In this document: piece after piece, positions 59,107-64,000 of the stretch
How positions within the stretch are numbered: position 1 is the stretch's first letter
How the letters are laid out: each line of letters begins with the position of its first letter
Source: Nitrososphaerota archaeon
Lineage (GTDB): Archaea; Thermoproteota; Nitrososphaeria_A; Caldarchaeales; Calditenuaceae
DNA: 64,000 nt
Reading direction: 5' to 3'
Assembly: GCA_041641295.1 (NCBI GenBank)
Contig: JBEPYO010000001.1
Span: 1,216,001 to 1,280,000 of the forward strand
Translations under genes and position numbers: made by a program
Notes under the pieces: model-generated
What the model saw: the letters and a program-made list of their open reading frames with translations, nothing else
Database searches by the model: none
What the model was told of the DNA's origin: nothing

Positions 59107-60350
59107 GCCTTCTGGACTTGTAGTAGCTGGCTGTAAACCTCTAAAGTCTTCTCAGCCGCCCGCTGCCACGTAAACTCTTCAAGCACCCTCCTCCTACCGT
59201 TACGCCCCATCCGCCTAGCGCGGTCAGGGTCTCTCAAAACCTCCTTCACCCCCCAAGCAATGTCGAGCGGGTTTGAGCCATCTACATGCATTCCACACTG
59301 ATTCTCTCCCGATGGTATAACCTGCTCCCTGAACCCCACGACACCCCTCGCACCAACTACAACTGGTCTCTCCATGGCCATGGCCTCGAGGCTCACTATA
59401 CCGAAAGGCTCGTATAACGAGGGGAAGACACAGACATCCGCGGCGGCATAGTGCAGAATCCTCTCACGCTCCGACACAAACTCGGTCCTTAGGATAACCC
59501 GGTCACTCAATCCGAGGTCTCTGACTAGATTCTGGAGCACACCCTCCAACTCACCCTTACCCAATATGACTAGCTTAGTCTTGGGAAACTCGCTCAAAAT
59601 ATGAGGCATAGCTTGGACAAGCTCTTCAACGCCTTTGATATGCACTAGGCGTCCAACAAAGAGTATCATATTCTCATCACTGCCTATCCCATACCGCGCC
59701 CTGAGGCTCTCCCTATCCTGCTGGCTTATGGCCGATGGATCGTATACGTCAGGGTCGACACCGTTCCAGACGACCCTTATCTTGTCAGCAGGCCAGCTGT
59801 GTACCTGCAGATCATCCTTCATCGCGTAGCTCACCGTAATTATTATCGAGGCATACTCGGCTCCGAGCCTCTCAATCTCGGAGACAGTCCTAGAGCCCCT
59901 ACCCATCGCCCTCCCCCACTCCGTAGAGTGGACGTGATAGACTGTGGGAACCTTGCCCAGCCCTGATATGGAGATGCCTGAGAGGGCGCAAAGCCAGTCG
60001 TTGAAGGCAACAATGTCAAACCTGCCATCCAATACCTTAGAAACAAGCCTCGAGGAAGTGGCGGCGTTAAAGGCAACAACATTGCTGAAGAACTTAAGGC
60101 CATCACCCCACCCCCTCACCTCATCATTCATTATATGCTTCAACCCCGCCGAGAGGTCGGGGAGTTCAACCCAGTTCACCTCGACCTTCTCCATCCCTAT
60201 TACTGGGGGGTGGGAGCCGGCGGGAAGAGGGGCATAAACCTCCACCTCATGCCCCAGCTTGGACATCCACATAGTCATGTATTGGGAGTATGTTCCGAGA
60301 CCCCCTACGATTACGGGGGGATACTCCCAAGTAATGAACGCAATCCTCAT
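59103..60350 (-). CDS. GT4 glycosyltransferase (glycogen-synthase-like)
   Basis: WEYPP..VGGLG, HSTEWGR, WNGVD, FVGRL..IKG, YEPFGIVSLEAMA; ATG 60350. Confidence 0.9.
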   Translation of the reverse strand: MRIAFITWEYPPVIVGGLGTYSQYMTMWMSKLGHEVEVYAPLPAGSHPPVIGMEKVEVNWVELPDLSAGLKHIMNDEVRGWGDGLKFFSNVVAFNAATSSRLVSKVLDGRFDIVAFNDWLCALSGISISGLGKVPTVYHVHSTEWGRAMGRGSRTVSEIERLGAEYASIIITVSYAMKDDLQVHSWPADKIRVVWNGVDPDVYDPSAISQQDRESLRARYGIGSDENMILFVGRLVHIKGVEELVQAMPHILSEFPKTKLVILGKGELEGVLQNLVRDLGLSDRVILRTEFVSERERILHYAAADVCVFPSLYEPFGIVSLEAMAMERPVVVGARGVVGFREQVIPSGENQCGMHVDGSNPLDIAWGVKEVLRDPDRARRMGRNGRRRVLEEFTWQRAAEKTLEVYSQLLQVQKA

Positions 60351-60456
60351 CCAAGCTGTTATTCCGTTTTTGCTGTTTAAATAAGATATCACCCTGGGAT
60401 GGGTGTGGAGTTGCAATAATACTGTGCATATGCTTAAGTATTATCGCGGCGAATAG

Positions 60457-60720
60457 ATGGCGGTTGGCATGACCACCGAGAGGGACGAGTCGACCCTCTT
60501 ATTGACGTTCATGCACAATATGGGCTATGTAGACAAGATGAAGGCGGTGGAGGTTAGAGAACTCTCCGAGGCTCTGGCACTGGATAGGCAGCTGGTAGAG
60601 GAGACTTTGAGGAAGCTTGAATCCGACGGCTACGTGGCTAGTACTAGGCAGCGAGGGGGCGAAGCAAGCTTCTACCTCACGGGAAAAGGAGTGATAAGGG
60701 TCTGCTCAATATACACGTAG
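60457..60720 (+). CDS. Small winged-helix DNA-binding protein
   Basis: ELSEAL.LDRQLVEETLRKLESDGYV, YLTGKG. Confidence 0.8.
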   Translation: MAVGMTTERDESTLLLTFMHNMGYVDKMKAVEVRELSEALALDRQLVEETLRKLESDGYVASTRQRGGEASFYLTGKGVIRVCSIYT

Positions 60721-60729
60721 GGTCGCGGG

Positions 60730-61341
60730 TTGAGGGTCGTCTTTCTCTCATGGGAATATCCGCCCCGCATCGTTGGTGAACTGGCCTGGCAAGTCCAGTC
60801 TCAGATTGAGAGGCTTAGGAGAAAGGGGTTAAAAATCGACCTAGTGACGATCAGTGATGCGGGATATTATGTCGAGGAGCCCGCACCCAGTTTTAGGATA
60901 ACAAGGATAACCAGCCCAGTCTCTCACCACTCCACAATCATAACGTGGATGGTAAGCATAAACACCGAGGCTGCCAGAATAGTTGCCGACATCTATCACT
61001 CGGAATCGGATAGGATAATACTCCATACATACGACTGGCACTTCGCCCCAGCCTCCTCAGCCCTGAAAAAAGCCCTCAACATCCCATGGGTGGCCTCCCT
61101 CTACAGCCTCGAGCAGCACAGGTCCCTAAACCCCAACTCGCCGCTCAGCTCCTGCATTAGAACGATAGAATGGCACATGGTCCGCGAGTGCGACTTCCTA
61201 CTGGTCAGGGATGAGTGGATGCTAAGAGAGGTGAGGAACAACCTATCCATCGACAGGGAGGCCGTCGTAGTATCTAATCCCTCGGCCGCAGACTGGGAGG
61301 ACCAAGTCTTGCAGCTCTACGAGAAGCTGGTGAGCAGCTAA
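60730..61341 (+). CDS. GT4 N-terminal-domain-only protein
   Basis: SWEYPPRIVG, HTYDW, SLEQHR, terminal helix WEDQVLQLYEKLV; no C-terminal Rossmann domain. Confidence 0.8.
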   Translation: MRVVFLSWEYPPRIVGELAWQVQSQIERLRRKGLKIDLVTISDAGYYVEEPAPSFRITRITSPVSHHSTIITWMVSINTEAARIVADIYHSESDRIILHTYDWHFAPASSALKKALNIPWVASLYSLEQHRSLNPNSPLSSCIRTIEWHMVRECDFLLVRDEWMLREVRNNLSIDREAVVVSNPSAADWEDQVLQLYEKLVSS

Positions 61342-62546
61342 TGAGCCTGAGCGTTCTGATGCTTAGCTGGGAGTTTCCGCCCAGAATAGTTGGAGGGCTG
61401 GCCGCCCACGTCCACGACCTCTCAGTAGAGCTAAGCAGGAAAGGAGTCGAAGTGCATGTCCTCACCCTAGACTTTCCGGGCGCGGCGGAGAGGGAGAGGG
61501 TGAATGGCGTAAATGTATATCGCGTAGACTCCTACAAGTATCCGGCGCCAGATTTCGCATCCTGGATCGCCATGATGAACGTAAACCTTCTGAACTACGC
61601 CTGCGGACTGCTGAGGAGCGTGTTGCAGAGGCCCTCCATAATTCATGCACACGACTGGCTCGTAGCATATGCTGGAATAGCTCTCAAACACATCTTTAGA
61701 GTCCCGCTCGTAGCGACCATCCACTCGACGGAATATGGCAGGCGGGGAGGGATACACGACGACTATCAGAGAATGATTGCCTCTACGGAGGCATGGCTCT
61801 CTAGGGAGGCTTGGAGGGTGATATGTTGCAGCAGATACATGGCAGAAGAGGTTAACAGGGTCTTGGGCACGCCGCTGGACAAGATAGACGTGATACCGAA
61901 CGGCGTCTATATCGAGAACTTCCAGCCTCGAGACAACCGCGCCGAGTTGCGGTCAAGGTATGCACTCCCCCACGAGAAGCTTGTCCTCTACGTTGGCAGG
62001 CTCGTCCACGAGAAGGGAGTCCACCTGCTGGTCGAGGCAATCCCACGCATCCTCCATAGCGTAGACGCAAAATTCGTCATAGTTGGCGAAGGATATCTCA
62101 AGGAATGGGTCAAGAGACGGGCGGGAGAGCTAGGCGTCTCCCAGAAAGTATATGTTACCGGCTTCTTGGACGTAGAGACCCTCAGAAGGCTCTACACGAT
62201 CGCGGACGTCTTGGTTATGCCTTCGCTCTACGAGCCTTTCGGCATAGTCGCCCTAGAAGCTGCTGCTTCACGTCTTCCAATAGTCTCCACGTGCGTGGGT
62301 GGGATAGGCGAGATAGTGAGCCACATGGAGAGCTGTGTATGCGTTTATCCCAACCCGGACTCCATAGCGTGGGGGGTAGTCCAAGTGCTCACCAATCCAG
62401 GACTGGCGGAGCACATCAGGAACAACGCATACGAGAGGGTGAAAAGCGCCTACACCTGGGGAAGAATAGCTGACCAAACGCTGGGAGTCTACCACAGAGT
62501 ATTGAACGAATACAAGTCGATAGAGGGCTGGAAGCCCCGGCTATAA
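61341..62546 (+). CDS. GT4 glycosyltransferase
   Basis: WEFPPRIVGGLA, HAHDW, HSTEYGR, IPNGV, YVGRL..EKG, YEPFGIVALEA. Confidence 0.92.
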   Translation: MSLSVLMLSWEFPPRIVGGLAAHVHDLSVELSRKGVEVHVLTLDFPGAAERERVNGVNVYRVDSYKYPAPDFASWIAMMNVNLLNYACGLLRSVLQRPSIIHAHDWLVAYAGIALKHIFRVPLVATIHSTEYGRRGGIHDDYQRMIASTEAWLSREAWRVICCSRYMAEEVNRVLGTPLDKIDVIPNGVYIENFQPRDNRAELRSRYALPHEKLVLYVGRLVHEKGVHLLVEAIPRILHSVDAKFVIVGEGYLKEWVKRRAGELGVSQKVYVTGFLDVETLRRLYTIADVLVMPSLYEPFGIVALEAAASRLPIVSTCVGGIGEIVSHMESCVCVYPNPDSIAWGVVQVLTNPGLAEHIRNNAYERVKSAYTWGRIADQTLGVYHRVLNEYKSIEGWKPRL

Positions 62547-62611
62547 TTTCTAACACGCTAGGCATAACCTCCCGAGCCAAGTTTATATCCAATGGATGGA
62601 ATAGAACCCTT

Positions 62612-62980
62612 GTGGAGAAACGTAAACCAAGTCCAAGACAAGTATCGAGAGGGCGCGGAGCGAACATTTTTGAAACCGTCGAGAGGATAGATTTTGTAGA
62701 GGGATTCGGCGAAATTATACGCTCAGCCCGCGAGAGGCTCGGACTGACCCAAGAAGAGCTGGCTAACCTCGTCCACGAGAAGGTCTCCATAATAAAGAAG
62801 CTTGAGGCCGGCTCCTTCAGACCACCTATCGAGCTGGCGCGAAACATAGAGAAAGTCCTCAAGATACGGATCGTCAGGGAGCTAAGAGACGAGGACATAC
62901 ACATCACCCCGCCAAAGACACTACAGAGGGGCGTAACGCTGGGCGACCTTCTCTCCTCTAAGGACGAGAAGAAAGAGTAG
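62612..62980 (+). CDS. Archaeal multiprotein bridging factor 1 (HTH), lacking the Zn ribbon
   Basis: FGEIIRSARERLGLTQEELA..V.EKVSII.KLE.G..RP, VTLGD; adjacent to hflX. Confidence 0.85.
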   Translation: MEKRKPSPRQVSRGRGANIFETVERIDFVEGFGEIIRSARERLGLTQEELANLVHEKVSIIKKLEAGSFRPPIELARNIEKVLKIRIVRELRDEDIHITPPKTLQRGVTLGDLLSSKDEKKE

Positions 62981-63083
62981 TCGGGCATACTCTGTTGGTT
63001 TTGCGTACCTTTTTGGGTGACAGGTTAAATACTCTGATAGTGCATTATATAGTAGGGCTAGGAAAGGGTGGTGTGGCTCGCAG

Positions 63084-64000
63084 GTAGGCGCTAGAAGGGT
63101 CGCGATAGTCCACAGATACTTGGATGATGAGGAGCCCAACTTGGAGGAGCTTGCGGAGCTCTGTGAGACAGCTGGATACGAGGTGGTCTACGAGCTATCA
63201 CAGAGGCGGCACCCTCACAGCCAGTACAACATCGGGCCCAGCAAGGTGAAGGAGCTTGCAGAGGCGGTGAAAAGGCTGGGCATAGAGAAGGTCATATTCG
63301 AGAACGAGCTGAAGCCCATTCAGGAGTACAATCTGGCCAAGGCGCTGGGCGTCGAGGTAATCGACAGAATAAGGCTAATCTTGGAGATCTTCACACTCCA
63401 CGCCTCGAGCCTTGAGGCTAAACTCCAGATAAAGCTGGCGGAGCTCAAGTACGAGCTTCCAAGGGCCAAGGAGAAGGTCAGGCTAGCGAAGAGGGGCGAG
63501 CAACCAGGATTCCACGGGCTGGGCGCCTACGAGGCCGACGTATACTACGAGGAGATCAGTAGGAGGATACAGAAGCTACAGGAGAGGCTCGAGGAGATAA
63601 AGATGAAGAAGGCCATCTCCATCAGACGCAGTAGACTTGACGGCACACCCTCAATAGCGCTCGCCGGCTACACCAACTCCGGCAAATCAACACTCTTCAA
63701 GAGGCTCACAGGCTATCCCACCGCGATATCGAATAAACTCTTCACAACCCTCTCAACTAAGAAACGGGTCGCGAGGATCATGGGGAAGCCGGTGTATGTC
63801 TCGGACACTGTAGGTTTTATAAAGAATGTCCCAGCCATGCTCGTCTCAGCCTTCATGTCGACTTTGATGGAGGTTGTCGAGTCTGACCTCGTCTTACTCC
63901 TAGTTGATGGCTCCCTCCCTCTACCGGAGGTAAAGCTCCGCCTCAACGTCGCCCTCTCCACACTGAGGCAGATAGGCGTAGTCAACAAGCCGATCATTAT
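63084..64000 (+). CDS. hflX: GTPase HflX (3'-truncated by window edge; start uncertain)
   Basis: Manual translation LEELAELCETAGY, IDRIRLILEIF, EAKLQIKLAEL.YELPR, AGYTNSGKSTLF, LFTTL, DTVGFI. Confidence 0.92.

Noticed and set aside
1-64000. CRISPR arrays, tRNA/rRNA genes, transposases, inteins
   Set aside because: None recognised by eye; tRNAscan-SE and Infernal would be needed to exclude small RNAs.

Overview
Gene-dense archaeal chromosome segment. RFC, Cdc6/Orc1, TopoVI-A, GINS, L44e/S27e/L37e, Lsm, aMBF1, an archaeal SRP RNA and TATA-type promoters point to a thermophilic TACK archaeon, plausibly Aigarchaeota/Caldarchaeales (inference). Most of it is housekeeping and metabolism: tRNA processing, replication, amt-glnK, a leuA/cimA-ilvB-ACT-ACT-ilvC operon, the pst/phoU phosphate locus, aconitase, thrC-MoaD, pdxS and a GT4 cluster. 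I saw no CRISPR array, tRNA, rRNA or transposase. Five observations stand out. (1) A 41-codon Val/Ile/Leu-rich leader ORF with mutually exclusive RNA helices covering the ribosome-binding site lies directly upstream of the branched-chain amino-acid operon, a candidate archaeal attenuator. (2) An AT-rich complete opp operon sits between decayed remnants of the resident oppC and oppA. (3) An asparagine synthetase A gene is paired with a cluster-less glutamate-synthase-type flavoprotein. (4) An acidic L35Ae-like protein lies upstream of cdc6. (5) A GT4 protein lacks its whole donor-binding domain. All calls come from reading motifs by eye; no database searches were run.
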